This document shows, piece by piece, positions 1-12,594 of a stretch of DNA of 64,000 nt. Position 1 is the stretch's first letter, and each line of letters starts with the position of its first letter. Both the position numbers and the translations under genes were made by a program. This stretch comes from Camelus dromedarius (Eukaryota). The DNA is taken from positions 6,760,001 through 6,824,000 of the forward strand of contig NC_087438.1 in NCBI RefSeq assembly GCF_036321535.1, in the 5' to 3' direction. The notes beneath the pieces were generated by a model. That model was given only the letters and a program-made list of their open reading frames with translations. It made no database searches and was not told where the DNA came from.

Positions 1-856
1 GAGGTTGCAGTTAGCTTTGGGGTTAGTAAATGATCTCTGGGTAACAACTTGCCCCATCAGTGGGTGACGTCTGGCGAGACCTGGGTCTGAGAGCACAGAA
101 GGGCAGTCTTGGTGGTGTGCCTTGAAAGCATCGTAACCGTATCTGCAGCGGATTAACAAGAAATGCAAATTCCCCTACAAAAATATATTCCAGGAAGCCA
201 AGAACTTTAAAAATTAATTTCCAGAGGAATTTCCATGATGCCTGAAGTTCTGACTAAAAGGACTCCTGAATTTCAACTCATTATGGAATTTAAAACAAAA
301 ACAAAAACAAAAATTCTACCTGCATTTGCTGCATAGAAATAACACCTAATGCTTTAAAAAGAACCACACACATTATAAGTTATTATTCTCTTGGATAAAA
401 TTTACAGAAGGCTAGAACAATCTATTAATTTTATTCTCTGTCCCTCTATCATTGCTTAACTTACAAATATCAAACTTTTAGGAAAATAATCCTAAACTCC
501 AAGGAAGATTAAATGCATGAAAATAGCCAGAGACCTTTTGGAACAACAACAACAACAACAACAAAGAGTAAAGAGGAGAGACTTCGCTCTCAGATACTGA
601 AACTTATTATGAAGCAACAGTGACCACAATGGAGTAACACTGCCCTCAGAAAACCAGGGAATAAATGGATAGTCCAGAAAAGAAAAATGTATATAAAATC
701 ATTTTGGTACTTAAAGCAATGGAGAGATTACGGACTATTCGATGAATGTTATTGAGATAAGTGGCTAATCGATTCCCCAGGGAGAGAGAAAGCTAGATTC
801 CCAATGTCTTGGAATTTATGTAGAAATTAATCAAAGATGAAACAAGTGGTGAAAAT

Positions 857-1480
857 GTGGAACAACATATCTTGCTAGTGGGAGTGAGAATGATATGGCT
901 ACTCTGGAAGCTAGTGTATACACTCATTACAAAGTTAGTAGACATACACATAGTCTATGATCTAGCAATTTCATTCCTATCGCTTTATTTGCTCAAGAGA
1001 AATAAAGCATATGTCCACGAAAAGACTCGTAAAAAGAATGTTCATAGCAGCTTTTCCATAATAGCCAAAAATATAAAAGAAACCAAATGTCACCCAAGAG
1101 ACACTAGGATGAATCGATAACGACATTGAAATATAGTCACGCAATGGATTACTGTTCAGAATTAAAAGGAGCAAACTATTGTCCCATGCAACCACATGGA
1201 CAAATATCAAAAACATTATGTTTAGTGGAAAGGGTATATATACTGTGTGATTGCATTTATAGATGTTCTAGAATAAGCAAAATGAGCCTCTGATGCTGGA
1301 AACCAGAGCAATGGCGGTCTGCGGTCAGGGCGTGGGGTCCAGAGAGAACTGACTAGAACAGACCATGAGGGCACTTTCTGGGATGAGAGAAATATTCCAC
1401 ATCTCCAAGATTCAGAGATTTGTCAAAACTCATCAAACTACAAACCTTATCCTATGACGATTATAGCTTCATTAAAGTAG
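857..1480 (+). mobile_element. L1M (MC/MD/ME-type) 3' end
   Basis: ORF2-end/3'UTR motifs: gaatgttcatagcagc, ccaaatgtc, tgtcaaaactcatcaaact. Confidence 0.8.
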
Positions 1481-1946
1481 TAAGTAAAGAAGAGCTTAGT
1501 ATTTAAAGAAAAGGCTGACAAATACAACTGCTTAATTTAAATTTCTCTGGGATCAAAGAAACCACCGTAAACAATATTAAAAGATGAGTAGCAACCAGAA
1601 AACATTATGTGTAAGAGACTGATCCATACTTTATTCTATGAAGAAATCTCAAACCTAAAAAGACAAAAAACAGAACAAAACAAACCCACTGAATCAGCAA
1701 AGATTATAAAGTAGGCAATTTATTAGAGTATATAGACCCTAAACACCATTTTAAATGTGTGATTGATCAAAAGTTAATATACCTCTAAAAGTGTTCTTAG
1801 AAATAGAAAAGCAAAATACACTAAACACTTGGATGGATAAATAAGCAAAAGATACGAATAAACAGCTCCCACACACCAAAATATAACTAACAAGTGTTTA
1901 AAATTTTTAACTTGTCTGGAAATCAAGAAAATCCAAATTAAAACCA

Positions 1947-2304
1947 GTCCATGCCTTGTCCTGACCTTGCCCTGCCTCCTCCTGCCACTGGGGTTTCCAT
2001 TCCTTCTCCAGGGCCACCATTTCCCAACTTGATGTCTGCGTAACTCCAATTAATGCTCCAGATCCCGATCCGGACGCCACTTCTTTGACAGCCTCTCCTG
2101 ACTCCTGGGGCGGACTGGGAAGCCCTGCCTTGCGGCGCTGTGCCGCGCATGCGCCCTCACAGAGCGTTCCTCCTGCGCTTAACGTCATTTCCTCGAACAA
2201 TCGCCACACTAGTAAGTTCTGTAAGGACGATGCTGGAGATTGAGTGCCGGGAGCATATAGGTTCTTAATAAATATTTCTTGACTGTTTCATTTCATTGAC
2301 TGAG
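1947..2304 (+). mobile_element. L2 3' fragment, unusually CpG-rich
   Basis: Ends gtgccgggagcatataggttcttaataaatatttcttgactg, resembling the L2 3' terminus. Confidence 0.6.
2107..2217 (+). promoter_or_regulatory. Candidate promoter module: GC box (2107-2114), NRF1 palindrome (2145-2154), CRE-like site (2180-2187), splice donor GTAAGT (2212-2217)
   Basis: GGGGCGGA, GCGCATGCGC and TAACGTCA within a local CpG cluster. Confidence 0.4.
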
Positions 2305-3349
2305 TGCATTTTTAAACTGGGAAAGATTAAAATGAGGCAAAATATCCAGTGTCGGCATGATTTTAAATGATGGCATTTTTACCCACTTCGGTGGAAGCGT
2401 AAACAGGTATAACTTTGGGGGAAGGTAATTTGACAACATTTAATATAAACCCTTAAAATACTTTGCCCTCTTGATCCAGTAGTTCAGCCTGTAAGAATGC
2501 GTTCTAAGGAAATTATCAGGTGTGTGTCCATGAATATTGGGACATGAGCTTTCATTGTTCATGGGTTATAAGACTAAAAAATATTTGAAAAAAATCCCTA
2601 AAGGAGTATTTAAATAAATCATGAATGACAATAAAGTATAATTCAATAATTAGCAGTGATGTATAATAACCTACAATTATTGGTATTAAAAACTCATTCA
2701 TAATATGTTGTTTTAAAAGCCAGTTAAAAATTACAGTATAGTCCAATTTCAATTAAAAAAATACATACAGAAAAACCATACAACTAAAAAATGAATTGAT
2801 ATTTTCTCCAGACAATGGAATTATAACTGAGTTTTTTTCCTTTTGCTAATCTGGTGTTTTCTAATTTTTATTTCAATTAACATGACTTATTTGTGTAATT
2901 TTAAAGAACCAAAACATTAACCATGTACTTAGGAAGCTCTGTTATCTTTACAGAGATAGGATTTACCTTGAAGTTCAGTCTACTCAGGACTGAGATCAAA
3001 AGCAGATGCCTGAGATCCACTCTCCTCTTAAAACTTTCATTTGCTTCTACTACAAATATTCCCACTCTGACTGGTAAGAACACTGGCCTACACTTCGCCT
3101 GACCTGGCTCTAGCAGAAAAGGGAGCGTGGGATGATGTTTAGGAAAGAAGTTTCAAAGGCAAAAGCGACCTCAAAAACCAACAGGCCTGTGGTGGTGAGG
3201 AAAGCAGGGTCAGATATATTCAACCATGAGGTCCAGGCCTTGGAGATGCCAGCTCGCTCTTGCTGGGGCTCCTCCGCCTTCACCCACCACCGTTCAGAGG
3301 CGGAGCTCTCAGAAAATGGGAGCAACCTCTGTCCATCAGCCCTGGAATG

Positions 3350-3605
3350 AAAACAATAATGGTGGCAAACACTTAGCACGTGCTTCCTACTTGCCACATA
3401 CTGTTCAGAACATACTTTACTCGTACTCAGTTAACCCTCACAACAACCCTGGGAGGTAAGAACCATTATTAAGCCCATTGCACAGATGAGAAACCTGAGT
3501 CTCAGAGATGTCATAAGTAACTTCCTGAGGGTATCCGGCCTGCAGTGAAAAAGCCGAAAAACAAACCCCGGCAGTCTGGCCCTAGAATCCATGCCCTTCA
3601 CCATT
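3350..3605 (-). mobile_element. MIR SINE
   Basis: Core cccattgcacagatgagaaacctgagtctcagaga. Confidence 0.9.
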
Positions 3606-5458
3606 CCATGCACAGAAGGATCATCTGAACGATTCATTAAAACCATTTCCTGGACTTTGTCCTCAGAGAGCCTGATTCAGCAGACCGTGAACGCGCATCT
3701 TTCAAGCTCACCAGCGGTGCCAATGCTGCTGGTCTGAAACTCAAATGGGGAGCAGCTCTGCAGACGCAAAGTGTTGCAATAAAGTGCACCAGATACTTTC
3801 TGGAATTAAATCTCGTAAATAATCAATAATGGATGAGTTACCCGTGGATCAAATTAATTTACCCCAAATGACTTCCTATTGATATAGCAGTAATTGGTAG
3901 CAAAGTTGGTTGATAATCCAATTTAAAAACTGTTACTTATTCAACTACATTGCAGCAAGTAGGAGGCAATGTGCTCCCGTGACAAGCCTGCTGGGAGTCT
4001 AGAGCCGTGGAAAACTGAAAGGTATCATTTACTGTAAAACCGCCGTAACAGCACAACACGGTCTTCTAATCACTAGAGCCTCGTTTTCAGAAGTCACGGA
4101 AGACACGCTATGAATATAGCAGCCCACAAAACCCTCACGCTCGCTTTGCTCTCTGTCTACATCTGTTTTTCCAGGCGAGGTTGCCTTGGACACAAGTATC
4201 CTTTATGCCTGCAAAGTCTATCCCCTGTGGAAAATTAGCAAATCGACATTCAGATTTAATAAATCTGCCTGGTAATAATTTTTCTGCTCAGACCCCCAAA
4301 GTTTGATAACCTCCATGAAAACTGACAAAGCCAGTTCCAAGCCTCTCAAAGTGAAAAGTTGAACCCAGACCTATGGTGACCACAGTGGGGCACAGGGGCT
4401 GCCCTGAATGCCTGCCTCAGGGGAAGCGGGGCATCCTTCTCCCTAAAGATGCCGGGACTTCCGTGACTGAGGTTGGCTTCCAAAGGCCACCTGGACTTCC
4501 CTAACTATGACTAATACTCAAGACCTAGATCCGCTACCTTCTGGGAAGGATGACAGTCCTGAATTTAATAATGATCTCAGACTTAACCTTCCTTTACTTA
4601 GGACAGTCAGCCCAGACAGTTGCATGGGGCTGGTTTCCACCTGCCTGAAGGTCTTCCATCTGGCGAGCATCCCAGAGAGCTGCCACGCTGGTGACCATGG
4701 ACAGAACCACATGACATCACTTGGTTCCCCAGTCAGGTTTGCCTGACATGTAAGAGGTCGGGGAGTGGGCACTTACTTGATGACGGTCCCATAGCACAAC
4801 TACCTGAAGCTCTTAGAAGAGAAAACACACGACATGAACATTGTTATTAAGTCATAAGGGGTCAGGTCCAAGAGAAGATCTTCATTTTATTACCAGATTC
4901 CTTTTTATTTCACCTAGCCTCTGAACAAAATCCAAACAGTGGCCCCAAACGAATTATCTTGCTGTTTGCACTCTCTAGTCACCTATGTTTACCCTGAAAG
5001 CGGAGGACCTCTTGGGGTCAGGAAAGGAGGCTGTGAGATGTCCTTCAGATGGGGCCACTCTGCAGTGAAGAGACTCAAACTTCAAGACTCAGATTCACCC
5101 TGAGCCCAGATTTCACCACGAGTCTCTCAGAACTGGGGAATGAAAAGCACTAAACGTTCACCTGTGAAGGAGTGCCTGGCTAGTAGGAGGTAGTTAAAAA
5201 CACTTTTAAAGAATAAATAAAAGGTATTATGGAAAAGTCAGGAATATTTCCAAACAAATTGACAAAAAAAAAAAAAAAAGCCTCCATGTGAGCCCCATTC
5301 TTCCTGACACAGAACATGCCCTAGCATTCACTGAGGTCCCCAGGTTTCCTAGTCCATTCCTTCCCTGAGCCCACACCCAAAACTGCACAGCCTGGGAAGT
5401 GAGACCCCGTGGTTACGAGGTCAATAAGACCCGTGCCTCTCGCGATCTTATGCCTCCC

Positions 5459-6001
5459 TGTGGGCTGAGAGGGGCAGAATGATGCCAAAGTCCTGATCCC
5501 TGGAACCTGTGCCTATGTCACCTCACATCACAGAACGGTCCCTGTGATTAAGGGACATACCTGGAGATGGGACTATTATCCTGATAATCTGAGTAGGTCT
5601 AATCTAATTCTGTGAGTTCTTGAAACTGAATGAGGAAGGCAGGGGACTGAATCAGAGAGACAGTGGCAGGAGGAAGATCTAGAGGTCTGGAGGGGCAGTG
5701 TGCAGAGACCTGAGAGAAGCCTCCAGGAGGTGAGGGTGGCTCCCCACTGACAGCCAGCAAGGACACGGGACGTCAGTCCTACAACCTCAGGAAACTGAAT
5801 TATGTCAATGCCTGAATGAGCAAGGGAACCAGCTCTCCCCTAGAGCTTCCAGAAAGGACCTCAACCTACCAACTCCTGGACTGTGCCCCAGTGAGACCCA
5901 CATTGGACTTCTGGCCTCCAGAACTGGAAGACGATAATGTGGGTAGGTTTATTCATGTCATTTGTGGTTCCTAGTTACACCATCAATAGAAAGCAAATAC
6001 A
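5459..6001 (+). mobile_element. MaLR solo LTR (MLT1D-like)
   Basis: TG...CA ends; cagccagcaagga, gacttctggcctccagaactg, aatagaaagcaaataca. Confidence 0.88.
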
Positions 6002-6619
6002 TAGTTTTCATGTAAGTTTCCTTTTTAATTAAAACTTTTCTATTTTAACCAAATCTGTTCTTTCCAACCAAAGACTTGAATCAGCCTGAACCCTGGTTCC
6101 ATCTTGTAAAGCAACCCTCTTCTTCAGATGAAATAATTTAGAAAGCCCTTTATAATGTTTTACGCTAACTTTTTAGAGTAAAAGCATCAGTGGATTTCCA
6201 CGCTGAATTTTAGCCCGAGTGACTCCAGCTTGTGGAGTGACGTAATCCTAAACTCCAAAAAGGAGGATGGAAGCTATCTCTCCTGACCCTGAAGGTGGTC
6301 TCAATCACGTCTGGCAATGACTGCACAGAGTGTTCTGGAATGCATCAGGGCGAAGAGGGAAAAACAAAGACACTGATCTTCTAGCCTCACAATCTGGTTT
6401 TAATATCATTTGTCTGCAGGAGAATCAACCATTAAAGAATGATTTCCTCAAGTCCAGTTTTTAAGATCCCTTTAATCTAGCCATCTGCTAAGATTATCTT
6501 CATAGAAATGAGGGAAATTTCAGTGGACATATGAATTTCTTTGTTTATAAAATAATAACTGAATCACATTTTTGACCCAATCTGCTGATAAAAATCAGTT
6601 TGACATATACAGTCAGTTC

Positions 6620-6760
6620 ATGTGTATGTATATGTATATATGTAATGTGTGCGCTATATACACACGACTATACTCACATTGATACACGTGTGTAAGTGCA
6701 TGCATAATATGTACACAGATTTATATTACATGCATACATAACTACACACAGGCACACACA
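6620..6760. repeat. Degenerate (TA/TG/CA)n low-complexity tract
   Basis: Alternating purine-pyrimidine runs. Confidence 0.8.
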
Positions 6761-7620
6761 TGTATTAATCAGGATAAGCTACTTTAAGCTGCATCTGTTA
6801 TCCATTGCCACATCCAAACCACACAGCCTTAGGGGCTCAAAATAGCAAAACTGTATTCACTCACATTTCTGTGGGCCAGCAGTTTGGACTGGGCTCAGCT
6901 GGCTGTTCTTCTGTGGGTTTTGCCTGGGGTCATTCATGTAGCACAGTCATCTGGTGGCCCAACGAGGCCTGAATGGTCCAAGGGGAGCCTGTTTGCATGT
7001 TCGGAGGTGGATGCTGGCTGTCAACCAGGTCTCTCTCTGCACATGGTCCCTCCCTACGGACTCGGGCTTCATGGTGGTCTGAAGGCAGTAGAGAGGTCGA
7101 GCAAAAGTTACGAAGCCTCCAAAGACCTTCGCTGGGAACTCCCTCAGTGTCACTTCTCAGTCTGTTGATCAGAGCAAGTCACAGTTTCAGTCCAATGTTA
7201 AGAGTGGAGAAAGGAAATGTACCCCTTGATGAGAAAAGCAACAATTCACATTGCAAAGACGATGGAGGAATTTATGACTATTTTCATAGTCTGTCATAAC
7301 CCCCAAATCTCAAAGGTTTATTTTTCACTAATGCTGTGTATCCATCATGATCTGCGAGGGGCTCTGCTCCACACTTTTTCTCATAAGGAAGTAGATGACG
7401 GGTTTCTTCCTCCGTGCAGAGCATGCTGTGTGGGTTCTCGTAGCTGAGGGAAAGAGGTCAGTGAAGGCAATTAAGCACTCTGACCAGGAGTGACATCAGT
7501 CACTCCCAACCAGTTGCTGTCCAAAGTAAGTTATATGGCCACACCTGATCTCAGAGCAGTGGGAGGTGAAGTCTTATCACGCACCCGGAAAGAGGGGAAG
7601 TCAAATATGAGCAAACATAT
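6761..7620 (-). mobile_element. Old MaLR LTR (MLT1J/K-like), split by a nested LTR
   Basis: tgtattaatcaggataagcta at 6761 resumes as ccccaaatctcaaaggtttatttt at ~7300. Confidence 0.65.
6790..7298 (-). mobile_element. Nested MaLR LTR (MLT1F/G/H-like)
   Basis: gttatccattgccaca...ggactgggctcagctgg...agagcaagtcaca. Confidence 0.75.
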
Positions 7621-8709
7621 ATTCTAAGAAGTAACACAACGTACATGCACACACACACACACCGGCACATACTGTCGATCTATTAATTTCACACAGACAT
7701 TTCAAAGACTTGAAAGTACCCAGAAAGTTACCAGTGTTCTGGAAATTATTTCTTCTAGCTATATATCAGTTAAGATTGGTAGTATTTTTGTCAATTCCAT
7801 AAGAAGTTTTGGTAGGAAGACTAATTCTTTCTTGTTTGTTCCAGAGATAATGATGTAAATGGAGTTTACTTGTCAATACCCAAGTACCTTTGATCAAACA
7901 TGGAAGGGTTTTATCCACAATTTGACTAAAAAGATATTTTACCATTTTATAGTTATGTCTTTGGCCATAGCGTTTGGGATTCCAAGCTATGGTAGTTTGG
8001 GTTTTCACAAATACTTAGCCTCTTTCTCCTTTTGAGCCCTAGTTAGTTCCCCATCCACTTAAGATTAGATGTTGTCATGTGACATGATTTGGCCAATGAG
8101 ATTCCACTCTATATGTGCATATGATTCTACATTACAAAGCACTGTTACAAATATTTTCTCATAGCAAAATTATCAAGTCCCCAATAATTGGAAATTAACT
8201 TGCACTTATGTAAACTTTGCTAAATAAAGATGTTTCTACAAATAACACATGTGCTAAAAAACAAAAGGCAAAACAAATAATATTGAATCTACTGCCAGTT
8301 GGAATTGTTGGACCCAACTAATGGTAATATTTTTTAAAAATTGAAATGAAGGTAGAAAATAGTTTATTTTCATAGTATTTTTTCTTAATATTTTCTTATT
8401 TTTTATTTTGGATCTTTACAAGTCTGTAATGAAGTCGGAAGAGAGGTTTATAAATTCTGGTTGCATATAATGGCTCAACTTTTTTCAGAGATTTAATCTT
8501 TTTTCCTTATTCTAAGAATGGACTTTTCTGTTCCTGTAGAAGATTATACTAATATTTACCTGAAATCCAAATTAGAGAATTTTTTTTAACTTGAAATGCC
8601 ACCCACATAAATTAGCCACATTGGGCTGGCTTTTTTTCCCCCTTGTATAATTCCACCTTTATTTAAGAAGGTATATGCTATTTGTCTGTAGGTTTTAGGT
8701 AATAGTCAC

Positions 8710-9156
8710 TATAATGGTTTGAATGGTGAACCCCAGAAAAGAAATGTGCAAGTCCTACCCACTGGGATCTGTGAATATGAATATTTGGGTAAAGAGTCCT
8801 TTTAAGTGTAAGTAAATTGAGGATTTTGAGATGAGGTTACCCTGGATTGTCCAGCTGGTCCCAAATCCAATAACTTATCAGTGTCCTGATAAGAGACAGA
8901 AGGGAAGAGACCATGAGAAGATACAGAGACTAGAGTGATGTATCTACAAGCCAAGGAAAACCAAGGACTGCCAGCCACTTCTAGAAGCCAGGAGAGAGGT
9001 AAGGAAAGAGTCTCCCTTAGAACCTCCAAAAGAGACCAACATGGCTGCACTTTGATTTCAGACTTCTCACCCAGAACTCTGAGAGAATAGGTTTCCATTG
9101 TGTTAAGTCACCCGGTTTGGGGTGATTTGCTGTGGCAGTCCTAGGGACCTAATACA
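8710..9156 (+). mobile_element. MaLR solo LTR (MLT1C-like)
   Basis: tttgaatggtg...gccaaggaa...ggcagtcctagggacctaataca. Confidence 0.9.
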
Positions 9157-9975
9157 GACCCTTCCACGTCACTCAGGATTGCCTTCACCTCTCCACCTTT
9201 TTTTGTTTGTTTGTTTTTTGGCATTTCCCGACAAGACAGAAGAACCATAATCTTTGAATTAACGCTGTTTAAAATCTCAGTGGTTTCATTGCATGAGGCT
9301 TCCTTTGAGTTCCGTAGAAAAGCGGAGGTTATCACACCACGTACACCAGGTGTCAATCACAGATGTGAACGTGCATCTTGTGCTTTTCACAGAAACTTTT
9401 TAGCTCTCAGTCACACATGCAGAGTAAATGGTACAGAATTGAAATAAAAACAAGCCCTGTGTTGGTCCTGCCCCTGACAGCTGACTGTATGAACATATGG
9501 GCTATAAACTACCGTATGTATTCTATACTGATTTCCATTTTTTTGCTCCTATTTTATTTTCCAAGATTAAAAGTTGCCTCTGAAAGATGCCATAGTTTGA
9601 GATCAGTTAGTGTTCTTCTGCCCATTAAAATGCAAATTCCTACTCCTGTGCAATGTGTGATAGGTTTAGGTAAACTGTGGAGTTTCTCCTCTCCGTTTTT
9701 TACTGGTTTAATTTTAATCTAGATTGTCTATCAAGTCGTAGCCCATCTCGCAAATTTCAGTTAAAGTGCTGCTTCCCACATTCAGAGTGTCTCTGTTTCA
9801 CTCTTCACTCTTACAATTTATTTTTCGTTATCTATGAAATGCAGCCACATTTCTTGAACTTTTACTAAGTTGCAGGTACCATTCATTTATTCTTCAGGGA
9901 ACACACCTACCATTAGTCCCACTTCACAGAGGAGCAGACAAACTCTGCAGGGTTCAGGAACTTGTCTGAGATAAT

Positions 9976-10540
9976 TGTATTGGTACACTATTGCTGTGTA
10001 ACAAAGTTCCACAAACTTAGCAGCTTAAAACACCAATTTATTATTTCACTGTTCTTCGGTCAGATGTCCAACACAGCATGACCAATTACTCTGCTCAGAA
10101 TCTGACAAAGTTCAAATCAAGGTGTTGGCCAGGCTGTGTTCCTTCCTGGAGGCTCTTCGGAGGAATCTGCTTCCAAGCTCTTGCCCATTGTTCACAGAAT
10201 TCAGTTCTTCATAGTCGTAGGACTAATGTCCCCATTTCCTTGACACCAGGCCTCCTCCATCATCATGCCAGCAACAGCACATCCAGAACTTTTTGTGCTT
10301 TGAATCTTTTCAACTTCTTCTCCTGCCTCTGCTTTTAAAGGCTCCTGGGGTTATGTTGGGTCCTCCTAGATAATCCAGGATAATCTCTCTATTTTAAGGT
10401 CAACTGATTAGTAACCATAATTACATCTCAGAGTCTCCTAGCTGTATATGATAATATATTCACAGGTGTGGTATCTCATCATTTTCACATTTCTGGGATT
10501 TGAATTGGGCTGTTCTTGGGGCCATAATTCTGCCTACCCA
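9976..10540 (-). mobile_element. MaLR solo LTR (MLT1D/E-like) inserted in a MIR
   Basis: tgtattgg...gtaacaaagttccacaaacttagcagcttaaaac...attctgcctaccca; MIR halves at ~9900-9975 and ~10545-10590. Confidence 0.85.
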
Positions 10541-10679
10541 TATTTTTCACAATTAGTAAGGGACAGACTGGGGTTGTAAACCCAAATCTGTGTTAGTTTT
10601 TCACCTAAGTGACCAACTTAACCTAAACCTGGGCTGTGGAAGTATAAACAGTGAAATCTGAGGATGCTGGTGAGATGGT

Positions 10680-10860
10680 AGTGTAATCTCTAAAACCAGA
10701 GACTCTAGGCAGCACTGTCTGCAGTCAAATCCTCAGTCCCCTCAACTGTAAAATGGATGTAATATCAGGATCTGCTTCTAGAGTTGTTATGAGAATTAAG
10801 TGACAATATTTATAAAGGGCTGAGAATATTGCCTGGCATATGGCAAACATTGTAGAAATG
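10680..10860 (+). mobile_element. MIR SINE
   Basis: ctgtaaaatgg...gttgttatgagaattaagtga...gcctggcata. Confidence 0.85.
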
Positions 10861-12094
10861 ATTTTAAATAAATAAAAATAAAGGAACATAGATGAGAGAA
10901 AGAGAGGATAGCAATTGGGAAGTGATTTTTTTCCCATTTAATCACACACGATAATTTCTGACTTGCTTAAAAGTTGAAATATTTGTGATTATAACTCTGC
11001 CCTACTTTTCAGCTAATACTATAAGACATCTCTTCACCAAGTTTCAACCTACTTTTTGGGTAGAGAGTAAGATTTATTTGCACTACATACTCACTGATCA
11101 GTTGGGGAGTTGAAATGGATTCAGTAAAATTGTATGAGGGGGACTTCATGATTTTTTTTTTTTGATGTTACTTATTAGGTGGAAAAATAATTGTCAAAAT
11201 ATTTTTTCTGCTCTTAAAAAGCTTTTTTTTTTAAAAAAAGGATTTGTAGAGAGTTCTATTTATTGAAACAGCGGCTTTGAGAGCAAAGTCACAACATAAT
11301 TAGTAAACAGTTAAAACAATCTCTGTGATTAAAAGGACCCTTATTATAACTATGGTGTTATAGGTGACATATAAACAAATGTTCTCTATGGCCAACTCCA
11401 ATGTATATTATGAGGGTATCTACAAAACTTGCATCTGCCCTAAAATGTCATGTACCCTGGCTGATCACAGCTATTGAAACTGCTCTTAACAAAATATATC
11501 TGTTAATATTCATGATATCTAGGAGGGATAAGAGTCTTCATCAAAGAAATAGCACCTAGTAATTTGTCAGATGATTGAGAGGAAAATAAGAACTATTCCT
11601 TTCTGGCCTCTCTGCCCAACTCCAGGAACGTTGGGATATTCTGCTGGGATTTTTTTCCACTCAATCCTGAGGAGAGCTGGTCATCATAGAAGATAACACC
11701 AACACTTAATGCTCCTTTTCCAAAGTTTCTGGCATCAGGATGGACTTTTCCTCTAGTTTTCATGCTGACTGAGATTGAGAGTAGAAAAATAGGTAACAAA
11801 AATATGGAGTAGTCCCAATAGGTGTATTTTACATGCAAGCTGTGTCAGACCCTCTGGAAGAGTCAAGCCAATATGCTCATATCACCAAACTTGAATTGAA
11901 TATTCTATTATGTAACATTTTAGATGTTCAAAAAAGTATGAAAAATACTACAATAATCCACACCATACCACTAACATAGGTTAAGAAACAAATAAGTACA
12001 TTTCCACTTAAACATCCCACATATTCCTAGAACAGCAGATGCCCCAAACTGACTTAATCTTCACTCAGTATTACATACATATAAGAATTATATA

Positions 12095-12310
12095 TGATTA
12101 GGAGCGTTGGTCCTGGGGCCAGATGGTCTGGGTTTAAATCCAGTCACTGCTGCACAACTAGGTAACTTTCAATGAGTTATTTAACTTCTGCATGTCTCTG
12201 TTCCTCATCCATAATTTGAGAATAATAATAGTATCTACCCTACAGATGCTCATAAGTATTAAGTGAGTTTAATATATGTAAATGTATTCAGAATAATTCT
12301 TAACATTTCT
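12095..12310 (+). mobile_element. MIR SINE
   Basis: ctgggtttaaatccag...ttatttaacttctg...aataatagtatctacc. Confidence 0.85.
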
Positions 12311-12594
12311 AAGAACTTCTTTCCTTGATGAATGGTGCTACTTCACTGCCTCATTGTTCAAGCCAGCCCCATGGAGGCTATCCACAACTTTGACCATTCT
12401 TATCATCATAGTCCCTGATGCTCACCAGGTTCTACAGATTTGTCATTTTCCTTGAATTAATCTTCTCCTTTAAATTCTTCCTTCCACAATTTTGAAAATC
12501 CTTTCTTAATTAGGCCACTGCAATACTGCCTGCCTTTCTATTTCTACTCCTTTTCTCATGTAATTCAGAAAATCATCATTTAAAAATTAAATTA

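Larger units (their letters stand above)
480..2900 (+). mobile_element. Very old fragmented L1 (L1ME-like), interrupted by a younger L1M piece and an L2
   Basis: Degenerate L1 ORF2/3' text at ~480-830, ~1500-1946 and ~2305-2900. Confidence 0.6.
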
